Source: Podarcis erhardii
Lineage: Eukaryota
Assembly: GCA_964252035.1 (NCBI GenBank)
Contig: OZ176204.1
DNA length: 64,000 bases
Direction: 5' to 3' (one strand)
Part shown: positions 39,910-52,050 of the stretch, in pieces
Numbering within the stretch: the stretch's first letter is position 1
Layout of the letters: every line of letters begins with the position of its first letter
Notes under the pieces: model-generated
What the model was told of the DNA's origin: nothing
The model's database searches: none
What the model saw: only the letters and a program-made list of their open reading frames with translations
Program-made: the position numbers and the translations under genes

Positions 39910-40050
39910 CATTTACAGGTGACAGTGCAGGAGAAGACCTTTTATTGGGTGGTCCCCCACTTGTGGAAAGATAGATCTCTCTTCTGAGGTGCATCTTGTG
40001 CTGATGCTATTGGTGTCCTCTCGATAGATGAGGATGCACATCTTTGCCCG
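39910..40050 (+). mobile_element. Old L2 ORF2 C-terminal fragment
   Basis: aggagaagacctttattgggtggtcccccacttgtggaa resembles the RAFSVVAPxLWN segment seen in the L2 at 51685. Confidence 0.45.
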
Positions 40051-41474
40051 GGACCTTTGGGTGTGGTTAGCTTTTACTACCAGGGGTTGTGACGTCTGAA
40101 ACTGTTTGCCTGCTTCCGTGAAAGGTTCTTCACAGTTTAATGATTGGTTTAAAAATATCATGTGCACACAAATGTTACAAGTCTTATTTATTGTTCTATG
40201 TATGCATTGCTATGGATTTGCATAGGATCCCCTAGAAGTCCTGGGTACCAGATATTCCCCCCAGTAGTTTCTAGTTTGTGAATGCAGATCACTAAATGCT
40301 CGATGTCCTCACCCAGGTGCAAGACAGTTTAGCAGTGTAAAAATGCAGGCTGAGTCAGTTTCTTGGCCAGGAATTGGCTGGAGAGAAGAACTACCATGTG
40401 GTACAAAGGAAGGTAAGGGACAATTGACACAGTTACTTTGTGCTGGGCAGCAGAGGAGTGTGAGCTCCTCGTCCCATGAGCAGAGACGTCAGGATTAGGA
40501 AGGGACAAACATTTCAGCTAAGCTGATAGTAGTTTGGCTCATTATCCACAATGTGTGGGAGACCACTGAGGCAAAATCAGGGCAGTTCAGAACACCATAC
40601 CTGTCTGACTCTTTTCTTTTAAAACACACACTCAGGTGGCACAAAGGAAAAGAATGGTCTAGAACACTGGCTGTGAATGTGAAAGTGATCTGATCTTTCA
40701 TACAGGGATGGATATATCCTAGTCAAACAGCATAACTTGGGAAACTAGAAAGCAGGGCAGGGTAATCTGTCATCTGTTAAATGAAGAATCAGAGCCTACT
40801 TTTGAATAAGAATTAAGAAGCTGTAGGAAGTCCTCTAGATCTGGAACTTTTTGGCATGGAGGATGTAGTGACAGATTCTGTCGTCCCATTCCAAATTCCC
40901 TTTAAGGGGGGGAAATAGAAACTTTAATTATTTCAGGGGGATGGAACTACGTATCTGTGAGACCATCTGCCTCTTTGTCAAGAAGATAAACTATTGCCTT
41001 GCTTATGGGGGGGGGAGCTTTGTTTTATTTTGATTGTTTGCTTGCTTCACTGGAGCAAAGCATTCAGAAGCTGCTACTGGTGGCAAGAGGAATGGTTGCC
41101 AGGCAATCATATGGTACGTTCAACATAGACCCTTATCTGCCCATCGTCAGAAGAGGGATAGAACCATATACCTGACCATCTTGCTGACTTTCAGATTCCA
41201 AGTACTGTTAAAAGAAACCAACACGCTTCCAAAATTTTTTAAAGCTATTGGTATAAAACTAAATACATCAGAGATCAAAAGTATTTTATTTGTGAAGTTG
41301 AGGGACAACCAATTTTGTTTGCAACAGTCCAGCTTTTAAGACACTTGACCCACGTTGGTTCTGCCTGACAGGTGGCTCTTAACCAGGGGATGAATCAGGC
41401 AAGGTAGCAATGACACCTAGGAGACAGCAGCCTAGCAGCCTTTCCCCAGCCTGCGTATTGGGAAATTGTAAGGA

Positions 41475-41605
41475 AGGCACCTAGGGGCTGACAGTCTTTG
41501 CCGGCTAACACTTTGAACTGAATTCGCAGTATCTGAAGGTGAGAGGCAAACCAACCACCAAAGCAGTGTTCATTCTCCTGCTTTTACGTTGTCTCCCTAC
41601 AGACA
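41475..41605. repeat. 131-bp direct repeat, copy 1
   Basis: 129/131 identical to 42212-42342. Confidence 0.95.
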
Positions 41606-42211
41606 GTTGTCTCCCCACCAGAGGAGAACCAAGGGCTAGAAAAACTGGGTAATCTTAAAGTGACAGGCTGGCATAGGGCATATTTTCTTCCTTACTTTGG
41701 TCTGGGTACCATGGGCCTCTAATTAGCAAAGACAGGGAAGAGAACATGGTAAGAAAAAGAAGCTCTGTAAAGATCTTGAACCCTATTAAGAAAATAGGGC
41801 CATCCCTCATCCTAGTGTCCAGAATTCACCTTTCACCAGGAAGAGGTACAGCAGGTGAAAACTATCCTCCTCTACCACAAGGAGAAGAGAGGAATGTCAG
41901 TATAATGGTCCATTTGTTTGGCTCCTGCATATCACCTTTCTGACTTGCCCTGCTCTCTTTAAACTAAAAATTTGGTTGCTCTCCATATAGTTATTTATTT
42001 ATACATTTTTTATACCCACCATTTCCCTTGACGCGACTCAATACAGCTATTTCAATTTAACAAAATAGTGGCCCTTTTTTGCACCTAGTTCTCCATTAAT
42101 TTGGCATTATTCAATCTCCTGGCTCTCCAGGACAGATACAACACAGAACAGTGACACATCTCAGCCGAGATATGCAGGATTCCCTTCATGTGGAATGAAA
42201 AGCATCCCTTT

Positions 42212-42342
42212 AGGCACCTAGGGGCTGACAGTCTTTGCCGGCTAACACTTTGAACTGAATTCGCAGTATCTGAAGGTGAGAGGCAAAACAACCACCAAAG
42301 CAGCGTTCATTCTCCTGCTTTTACGTTGTCTCCCTACAGACA
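42212..42342. repeat. 131-bp direct repeat, copy 2
   Basis: 129/131 identical to 41475-41605, offset 737 bp. Confidence 0.95.
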
Positions 42343-43310
42343 CTGCACCTTTTTGCCTCACAAGCATTTGTTCTGATGCTCCAGGAGACATAGTGGTTGA
42401 TCTGCTTCCCCCTCCTAGGAAGCAAATAAAAATCAGATGACCTAGTTTGCCACCATGGGGAATAGATGTCACCTACACAGCGCAGATAATCCAGGAGAAA
42501 GCAACGGGAGGGCAGGCAGTGTCAGGAGGGCAGCTTACATAGCACTTGCATGTCATGCTACTGAAGTCAATGCCTGAAAGCAGTCAGTGCTTATTGTCCC
42601 CTTGGTTTCAGGAAAACTAGGGGGGGGGGGATACAGATAATCAAATGCTTACAAAAGCTAACAAGCGACAGCTCCTTCTTTAATATCAGATGCAAAAAGT
42701 TGTAATTTAATCTATTTTAAACGCAGGCTCTTTTGATTGTTCTTCAGTGGCACTTTAACCAACTGGAGCAGATGGTTAATGGTAGGGCTAATCAACAGCA
42801 TCACTTTGAACTTGACAACATCCTCCATCACAAAAATCTCAGTGAGCTTCACAAGTCCCAACACATTAAGCCTCAGTGTTAAGAAAGCCACAAGTACCCC
42901 CTGCTCCAACTGATGGAATTAAATTATGGAAGTTATTAGGCATTTTTCTACAAGCAAACGCAGAGATAATAAAAAATAGAACTAATGAGTGTGCTCTGAG
43001 CACTAGCCTGTAACCCAGTGAATTTGGATTATAAATAGAAAATAGGTTAATAATCTGCTATGCTACTCTTGAGTTGATGCTTAGGGAGCAGCAGTTTTAC
43101 TACCACTGAACCTACCCTATCACAGAGGTTCGTGGCAAGTTTCAATATACCAAAACAGTGAACAAAGCCATCTCTGAAAGAGTATCTAAAATTAGACACA
43201 TCATACAACACTTTGAAAGCTGTTCAAAATAGCAGCCTTGTCTCTCAAAATGTTTCTGCCTGCATCCTCATGCAGACTTAAGATAGCACACCCTATTGTA
43301 CGGGACAGCT

Positions 43311-43565
43311 AAGAAGAAGAAGAAGAAGAGTTTGGATTTGGTATCCCGCTTTATCACTACCCTAAGGAGTCTCAAAGCGGCTAACAATCTCCTTTCCCTT
43401 CCTCCCCCACAACAAACACTCTGTGAGGTGAGTGGGGCTGAGAGACTTCAGAGAAGTGTGACTAGCCCAAGGTCACCCAGCAGCTGCATGCGGAGGAGTG
43501 GAGACGCGAACCCGGTTCCCCAGATTACGAGTCTACTGCTCTTAACCACTACACCACACTGGCTC
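43311..43565 (-). mobile_element. Young tRNA-derived SINE with (CTT)n tail (Squam2-like, name uncertain)
   Basis: Head gagccagtgtggtgtagtggttaagag with an A-box. Near-identical to 45984 and 62082. Confidence 0.92.
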
Positions 43566-44345
43566 TCAACAAATATGTTTCGTAAACTCAGCTTGCTATT
43601 CTGACACCGAGACAGGCATTCCATGCTGGATGTTTGGTGCTGCATAGCAGGATGTCTTAACTCTTGACCTCTATATCTGTACAATAAAAAACACCTGGTG
43701 TGAGAGGATCCCTAGTATCCCAACCACTGTCTTTTAACTGCACATTAGAAACACAGAATCTGAACATCCTTAGCAGCAAAAAGATCCACATTGATTAGTC
43801 CCCCCGCCCTGCTGCCATGTAGCAGAAAGTGCTTTCTGACCCCAAGTGCTTGAATGGGACAAAGGAGTATCTATAAAACAAGAAATTAATTAGTTCAAGT
43901 TAATTAACTGAAGTAACATCGAAGTTAATTATTTGAAATAACTAGATTACCAACAAGCAACAGCCCTTAAAATAATTAGCAGTAAAATGGTAAAGATTTG
44001 TTTAAGAATATCCCAGCATACAGGATTTGTGGAGTTGGAGTACAGTAGAAACAAGCAAACCACACAAAAAATAGATAGGAAAAAATATAGGGTGGAATCC
44101 AACATAGCACTAAGGCAATTGTTGCATCAGTGCAAGGACTATTGCTTGTGCAACGGAACGTTCTCCCACCTCCCCTTCCCTCCCCCTGCATGCTTCTTAA
44201 ATTTGAGGAGGGTGTGCACAGGAAGTGGAGAGGGAGGGAAGTTCCACTGTGCAAGCGGAAATTCTTGTGTTCACTTTGATGCATTAGTAGCTTACCTCCT
44301 ACAGTTTCTAAATTCAAATTTAATCTATACCTAGGATATAGTCAT

Positions 44346-44924
44346 TGCCATGAACTGGCTGGAGAAAGAGGAATGCTGGAAGGAACCAGCTGGAGAAGGC
44401 TCAAAGCCCAGGGAGTGGTGGTGGGACAACGATGAGTAGTCAGAGGGAGAAGACTGGGAAGAGGAGGTGTTAGAAGCTGAAGAGGTAACAGGACTTAGTG
44501 AGCTGGGAAAGTCTGTGGCAGAGAGAAGTCCAGAATCAGAGGTAGAAGTTGAAGCAGGACAGTAGGATGAAGGAGGCCAAGAGGCAGAAATGAGCCATGC
44601 TGACGAAGAGTCACAGGTGTCTCCTCTTCCTGCTGCAGCAAGCTCCCTTCCCCACTTGTCTCCCAGAACCAGAAGAGATATGAAAACTTTGGAGGAGAGC
44701 TTGACTGCATGCAGGTGCGGTCTTTGATTGCATGGGAAAAGCCCTGGTGAGGAGGCAGGGACTTTTAGTCTTGCTGATTTTCATGGAGGAAGACCATTGG
44801 GAATGAGCTACTCTGCTCATTAGGCCTGACACACAACCAAGTCTGTGGAGGTCATGTTTTTGCTAATAGAAAGTTAACTCCATCTTTGAACTGTGTTATT
44901 ACTGACTAGCACACTCCTGTGACA
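44346..44924 (+). mobile_element. Probable solo LTR (about 580 bp)
   Basis: Begins TGCCATG and ends GTGACA (TG...CA ends), with a degenerate poly(A) signal AATAGA at 44865. It resembles a common lacertid repeat as I recall it. No TSD found. Confidence 0.6.
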
Positions 44925-45983
44925 GTGAACTACTAAACAGCTATAGCACAGGAAATGTATTCTTGCCTAGCCAGTTTATTGGGATGATGCACCTAGTACC
45001 TAATGCCCTAGCCTCAATAGGCCTCCCCGCTGAGCTAGTTTCCTGGTGGGAAGCCAGTACCTGCAGACATGCATGAAATCCAAAACGATGCTCCTGCCAA
45101 GCTAGTCTATTGGTGAGATGCACCTGACGCTGCTCTGTTCTCAAACGATGCCCACACACCAATTGCCAAGAAGGCTAAGGAGCACAGACAGTCCAGATGA
45201 ACTAAAGGTGCTGGAATACCTGGAACCAGAGAGCAGGGCTGAATAGCTCACTATGGAGCGGTGAGGAAACAAGGAGAGGGGTGTGGCTGAAAGACCACTT
45301 TAAACATTTCCACCTTTGGAAGAGGTGACTGGGAACTGTTGTGCTCTGTGTCACTAGACAAATCTCAAAAGAAGAAACAGCTGCTAAATACCCTCCAAGA
45401 CCCTTTCTGAGGATCCCAGGACTCATCATCACTCCTAAAATAAACCCCACATACACCCCAGGGAACCACACCGGGATGGTGGGTGGAGGAGGAAGGAGAA
45501 CAAACACTTAATGGGGTTGAATGAGAAGAAGAAAGGGGCTGGAAAGAAACTAATGAAGAAGAAAATTAATGTTTCACGGCAGGAAACAGAATGAGAACAT
45601 GGAAAGGAAGGAACACACTCAACCAAACTGGATAAAAAAAGAGTTTAGAAAAAATTGGAAAACACACACACCATATAGTCAGAAGATAAATTGCTATATA
45701 GAGCCATTCAACCCACCACCTAGACCACCCACAAACTGGGTTGGCTTGGTGGGCAGAATGGCTCCTCCCTTTGGAGATGAGGCAGAAGACCTGGTTGGAC
45801 CCTGCATGTCACATCTGGTGACAAGTGTCACCCCATCAGAGGAATGTCTTCCATCCTGATCTTGCAAAAATTGTAATCTTCTCATTGAGCTGATTATAAT
45901 GGGCAAAGTTAACCTAATGTGTCCCATCAGTGAAAGTCTTGTGCAAGGACTTCTGCTTTTGCACCCTCTCCAGTGTGCACACA

Positions 45984-46242
45984 GAGCCAGTGTGGTGCAG
46001 TGGTTAAGAGCGGTAGTCTCGTAATCTGGGGAACCGGGTTCGCGTCTCCGCTCCTCCACATGCAGCTGCTGGGTGACCTTGGGCCAGTCACACTTCTTTG
46101 AAGTCTCTCAGCCCCACTCACCTCACAGAGTGTTTGTTGTGGGGGAGGAAGGGAAAGGAGAATGTTAGCCGCTTTGAGACTCCTTAGGGTAGTGATAAAA
46201 CGGGATATCAAATCCAAACTCTTCTTCTTCTTCTTCTTCTTC
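45984..46242 (+). mobile_element. Young tRNA-derived SINE with (CTT)n tail
   Basis: A-box TGGTGCAGTGG, B-box-like GGTTCGCGTC and a (CTT)n tail. Same family as 43311. Confidence 0.92.
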
Positions 46243-46961
46243 CTCCGTCACCATGTACCTTGAATGTGGCTCAGGGGCAGTGAGAAATCCAAGAATAGCA
46301 CACAGCGGTAGGAGAGGGGGGATTGCTTCATCTGGCAAGCTGCAATGCTTGCACAGATGGAACATTTGGAGGAGCGTGACATTGAATTCCACCCATCACA
46401 TATGTACTCAGGGAAACCTGACAGATATTTTGGAAATTTAATTGTTTGCAGTAACTGAATACAATTAGTTTTAATTCAAGTAATTAAAAAAAATTAATTT
46501 ACCTTGGCATCTTGGCTATCTCAGACAGAAACCTGTAATGTGTGTTCCCCTTTAGTTATCAAAAAGAAATATTTTTTGCTTCTGAACTATGAAGAAGTTG
46601 CACTTGAAGATCTTTCCTAAACTGTCAAGCTAAGTCCTGTACATAGATACAAGTGAGTCTGATAAACTCAGAAAACATCATTGCCAAAGTATACTTGCTG
46701 CCCTGAAAAGCCTTGATTCTTCCATGTAATTAAAATATAACTAAATTAGAAAATACATTTATGAAATGGCTGAAAAACCAGGGGAAGGAGGGATCAACTC
46801 TCCTGGACGATAAACTGCCCCTGGTATATGGCAAGCCAATCCTGTCTCCAATGTGGCTTTTCCGCCCATTCCATCCTGCTCCAGTGACATTTGTTTTATT
46901 GCAACCAATACATTAAATTTAATGGAAGCCACTAAAAGGCACTAAAGCAATTGCTCTGAGG

Positions 46962-46963
<2 letters not shown>

Positions 46964-47012
<49 letters not shown>
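46964..47012. repeat. (CT)n microsatellite, about 24 units
   Basis: Read directly from the sequence. Confidence 0.97.
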
Positions 47013-47015
<3 letters not shown>

Positions 47016-49029
47016 GTTAAGCAGGGATATTTTGGGGACACAATTAATGTTGTCATATGCATGCTCTAAAGCTGTCACAAGGTATTACATAACTCATGTG
47101 TGCTACTCGAACAGTAAACTAGCACAATGCGTACTAGAAGTAAGAAAACGACCACTTCAGCAAGCTGATATCATCCATGAGCTTGGAATTCAAGCCCCAG
47201 AAAACAAAGGTTAAAATTCCGGAGTACACTTCATACTTAAATGAAAGCTGGACATTTATGAAATTCTGGTGGTTATTTTGGTGAGTGTGTATGAAAGAGC
47301 CTGTTAACAATGAGGACCATTTCAGATCTTTCTTGTATCGGTTTTGGAGTACTAAATACACATGCACAAAGACATTTATGGATATATGACCTGACCATGA
47401 AACAAATTAACAGTGGCTTGAAAAAGCTTGAACATATTCTTTCCTGCTCAAAATACCAAGAACAGCCACTTAAAGCAACTACTATATTAATTTACCTGTA
47501 GCTGGGGACTCAGTACATACCCAGATGTAAAGAGAACAGAGCACAGCACTTAGGATCATGGTGGGGATATGTGAGCCTGCAAACAGCAACTCCTAAGTTT
47601 ATTTGCTTTTAAAAACTTGTTTGAAATAAACTGATGAAAAGCAGAGGGAGCAAAAGAAAATTTAGCTAATAGCTTTACACAAATTAGTATTACTGAGCAA
47701 CAGAGCTCTTATTACATCATAACTGTAATCACTAAGGGAAGAGCTAAATGTCATGAGACAGACAATCCCAGCAAAATTACTAAAGGTTTGAATCAGGAGA
47801 ACTAGATAGGAAATGCATGACAATGCAGAATAACAATGTGGAATGACAGCATGATATAGTAGTTTTGCTACAGCTGATTGAAAGAAACGGGGCACAAAGA
47901 CAGAACTGGCTGAATACATCTGCCCTGACTGTGCAGCAAAAATTACAGCAGTCGCTTGAAGGTTTCCACAATATGGCTTGTTCTGGTCCATCTCTTTGGG
48001 GGAGTGACCAGCAGAGTAGCCCACACACTCTGAGGGTTAAATTTAATTATCCTCCCCACATCCACATCCAGTAGAGTAGAAAATGAAATGGAGGGACAAA
48101 AAATGAGCAAGTATTGAGAGGCAAATGCATAGTGAACAATAAGAAGTACTCTATGTATTATAAAATTGGGAAAGCCTGCATGTGGACACAAACTGAGAAG
48201 CATGTTAACTAAATCACAATGCCTGGATGCAACAATTGCTTTGTGGAGTTGCCTGCATAGCCAGGGGGTGGGGGTAGACTTGATCACAATGACATTCCCT
48301 AGTTTTGAATAATCATGCAATTTACTTAATTATTTATAAGTTACAAAATTGGATTTCTTATCAGATTTTAACAGGAGATATCCTTTCAAAAAAGCATATT
48401 CAATGCTCACAACACACTACTGCCAAAAAATATTGCGCTCTCTCCCCCTCCCCCTGCTTTAGCCAATGTATTTAATATGATGTTCCAAATTATTAACAGT
48501 CTGTGTGTGCTATCTAGTCAAGCTATTTGTTCAAAACACTGGAATATATATTTTAGCTCATTATTAGATTGGTTAAAAGCAGAAGCATTCAGAAATATTT
48601 AGCTTAAAAAAATCAAAAATAGAGCAGAATCCCATATCCAGAATGATTCCATGATTCTCACTGCAGAAGCAGATCTAAGGCCCTCTTAGGATGGACATAT
48701 AGAGAAATGCTGAATCAAAGAGAGTTGTTTCTCAAAACCTTTCTAGCATCTACAAAATGCAGACCCTTCCTTCATTTTTTTTATTTTTTTGGAAGGGTCG
48801 AAGAAAAGGGGCTCAAATGTTCACCTATTGTGTGGGGACAGTGACAGCAAAGGCTATTAACCAATGAATCCACCCCAGTCCAATGTAGCAATGACCAAGA
48901 TAGCCAAGCCTGGTTGCCTTGACAACAGGTGCAAGATCCCTCCTATCTCTGATATCATGGTTCATGGTGAGGGCAAAGCAACCTGCTGGAAGGAGGTGTG
49001 GGTGGTTATTGATTTGTTTCTGTTCTTGA

Positions 49030-49115
49030 GGGGTTTTTTGGCCTTGTATTTTTATGTTGTAAACTGACCTGAGGACTACAGGTGATGGGGGCAGTATACA
49101 AATTTAATAACTAAA
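49030..49115 (+). mobile_element. L2 LINE 3' terminus
   Basis: tgttgtaaactgacctgagg...gggggcagtatacaaatttaataa. Confidence 0.6.
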
Positions 49116-50745
49116 AATAGAAACAAATATATTGGCTTCATTTGCCCTCAGTGAAATCATTACTCTCACTACCTGATCTGTGATTGGCTAGGTTCATTAG
49201 TCCCAGGAAGATGTTCCAGTTTAAAAAACCAGGCAGTGAATAGCAGTGAGGAGATAGGAAGGTAAACAAAATTTGAGTGTTCACTGAACATTCCACCCCT
49301 TCTCCAAAGCTTTACCTCCATGCACAAAATTGAAGTGGCTACCATTTAGCATAGCCCTAGCCTAGACCTTCCTCCTTTGGATGCCATCCGGAGGTCCCAC
49401 CTCTTTTTAATTAACTCCTCTCTATTTTGATCTTTCTGCCACTTTGGGGTAATGCTTCCATTTGAAAGAAGAAATCAAACCACTTCCCTGCTTCCTAATA
49501 ATCTCTCCTCAAACTGCTCTGTGCATCAGAGCTGATTTCATTACCTGCCGCCTGCTGCTGCTGGTGGTTTTATTTAAAGCACAGGCGTGTGGTGAAGAAG
49601 GAATTCAGCATGACCTCCCTGAACTGCTGGGGGATGAATGCTCCACTGCACTGACAGGGAGAAGCTGCTTCCCTTTCTTAAAACTAGCAGACTAAGCCAA
49701 GCATGGTTGCGAAGCCTCCCACATCCAGGGCCCCATTTTCAATTACTGCACGTGCTGAAAGGGTTTAAAAAAAGAAGTAAAAAAAGCATAGGCTGATATA
49801 ATCAACAGTGAACAGATGAATGAGAATCTGTAAAATACAACATCATAGAACATAGTAACGGGTACAGCAACTCCTGGCAAGAAAATTAAGTTGAATAGAT
49901 TGTCTGGAGCTTGGCAGTACTCTTTCTGCAGAGGAACTGTACAAAGGAAAGCCAACAAGAACAAGGATGCTGCATCATTAACCCCTAACTTCAGGTTATC
50001 TTGCAATGCATCAACATAATAAATTGTAACTGAAGGGAAAGAAGGGTGGACCGAGTGTATGACTAGCTACTGCCAAGCTTCAAAATTCCTAAGCCCCAGT
50101 TCTCTCTGTGTGTTTTAATGAAATGGACAAGAAGGTCAACCTTTTCCTCCCTGAAGCTATTTAACTTCAGGAAGGCCCATTTACACAGCTCTGACAGGCA
50201 AGGAAGTAGAGGAATCAGGTTGAATTATGATAAAATAAAATATAACCCTAATTGCTCTCTCTATGAAAAATCTCCTCATTTAGAAATGTACTTAAAATAG
50301 CTATTCATGGCTTAGTGAATTCCATTACACTGAAAAGTCTGCATCAACTATTGCGTATATTCACATAATCCTAGCACTCCCCCAAATTAAGTTGCATTCC
50401 AAATGTTTCCCAAGGTCTCACTGTGCATTTCCAGAGTCATCACTTATCAAGTACACATTTGCAAATGAGAAACCACCTTGACCCTGCTGTGCATTCTCTT
50501 TCAATTCAGGGTAGTCTTGGAAAAAGTCTTTCTTCCTGGGCCACAGCTCTGCCTTCCTAGACTTAAACCATGTGGCAGCACATGCCCCATTTATTGCTCA
50601 TGTGATGCTATTTTGAAAGCTTGCTAAACCCTAGCAAGGGGTAATATAAGGCTTCCAATGCAGTCAGCCGGGACAGAGTAGGGTGAACTCTTCTGAACAG
50701 TGCTCCATAAGAAATAACAGAATTAAAAATATGCATGTAACTCAC

Positions 50746-50824
50746 CTGTTCTTCTGAAAGCTGTGAGATGTGATTCACAGCTGCGTAAGACTCTATCTTT
50801 GGATTGAAATGGTTGATAATGGCT
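50746..50824 (-). CDS. ARMH3: ARMH3 third-from-last coding exon, (R)[26 protein letters not shown]
   Basis: Acceptor tttctctctctgtttcag|A and donor CAG|gtgagt. 79 nt, phase 2/0. The peptide matches the ARMH3 segment preceding VLEVVR. Confidence 0.96.
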
Positions 50825-51568
50825 CTGAAACAGAGAGAGAAATTTTACATTCATGTAGGAAGGTCAGAGAGTGAAAATATTCCCCATTACGTGTTGCAAA
50901 GAAGCCTTTTCTTCTAATGTATTGCATAGCTATGGTGTCATTTTAGCTGACAAAGTTTAAAATCAACAGCTCAAAGGCATATATTTACACATATCAGTTC
51001 TACATGGAAAACCAATAAAAATTAGAACCATCTGGTGGTTACTAAGTTACCTAGGATTTCTTATTTGACACCATACTATTTCTTATTTGACACCATACCT
51101 TGAAGCCCTCCTCTTGAGTTTGCCTGAAACAGATTCTAGAATAATATATCCATACATATAGTCTTGGTCTGTTCAGTCATCTGGATATTTCTGCTTCAAA
51201 CAGATTATATATATATTTTCAGGGGGGGGGGAAAGGTTCTCAGTAATTATGATCTAACAAAAAATGCAGCTGAGGAGATGAGGTTCTAGGGATCAATCAG
51301 CAATTTCCCTTCCTCTGATGGCTCCAGTGTTCACAGTCACCCTAAAGATGAAGCAGCTTATGTTTTGCTACACAAGAGCTGAATGTAGACATAGGTTGCT
51401 CATTTTCAAAGTTGCAAAACAATGCTGGCATCAGGCCTGTCTGCATGTATGATACTTCTTGCCTGTTGGAATCTTTCAGCCTTTCAGTGCTGAGTAGTCT
51501 CAGGCAGTACTCAAATCCAGAAATTGCCACAGTGGTTCTCAGACTTCAATTATGCTGTCCTCAGAAAC

Positions 51569-51570
<2 letters not shown>

Positions 51571-51622
<52 letters not shown>

Positions 51623-52050
51623 CCCGCCCATCTGGTTGGGTTACTCTGGGCGGCTTCCAACAGAATATTAAACAGAATAAAACTTCAAACATTAAAAACT
51701 TCCCTAAACAGGACTGCCTTCAGATGTCTTCTAAAAGTCAGATAGTTGTTTATTTCCTTGACATCTGGTGGGAGGGCATTCCACAGGGCGGGTGCCACCA
51801 CTGAGAAGGCCCTCTGCCTAGTTCCCTGCAACCTCACTTCTTGCAGCGAGGGAACTGCCAGAAGGCCCTCGGAGCTGGACCTCAGTGTCCGTGCTGAACG
51901 ATGGGGGAGGAGACACTCCTTCAGGTATACTGGACCGAGGCCGTTTAGGGCTTTAAAGGTCAGCACCCATACTTTGAATTGTGCTCAGAAACATACTGGG
52001 AGCCAGTGTAGGTCTTTCAGGACTGGTGTTATGTGGTCTCAGCTGCCAGG
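51571..52050 (-). mobile_element. 5'-truncated L2 LINE with (TAA)17 tail
   Basis: Open frame LTFKALNGLGPVYLKECL...RAFSVVAPALWNALP...FRRHLKAVLFREVF*, then a 3' stem-loop and a (TAA)n tail at 51571-51622. Confidence 0.93.

Larger units (their letters stand above)
25046..50745 (-). other. ARMH3: 25.7-kb ARMH3 intron
   Basis: Lies between two exons whose peptides are contiguous in ARMH3 (SEEQ|VLEV), with GT..AG ends. Confidence 0.9.

Noticed and set aside
43296-43604. Repeated ORF LRSLKAANxLLSLPxPQQTLCEVSGAERLQRSVT (also at 45927 and 61947)
   Set aside because: Antisense reading of three copies of the same SINE, not a gene family.
45984-46060. tRNA-like sequences with A and B boxes (also near 5060-5140, 43490-43565 and 62260-62335)
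   Set aside because: These are SINE heads that continue into SINE bodies and tails, not tRNA genes.
46650-46666. Minus-strand SLSDS match to KCNIP2 exon 1
   Set aside because: Only five codons match, the flanks do not, and it lies inside an ARMH3 intron.
51057-51098. 22-bp-period tandem duplication (and a 17-bp one at about 32502-32535)
   Set aside because: Ordinary slippage duplications with two units and no spacers. Not CRISPR-like.
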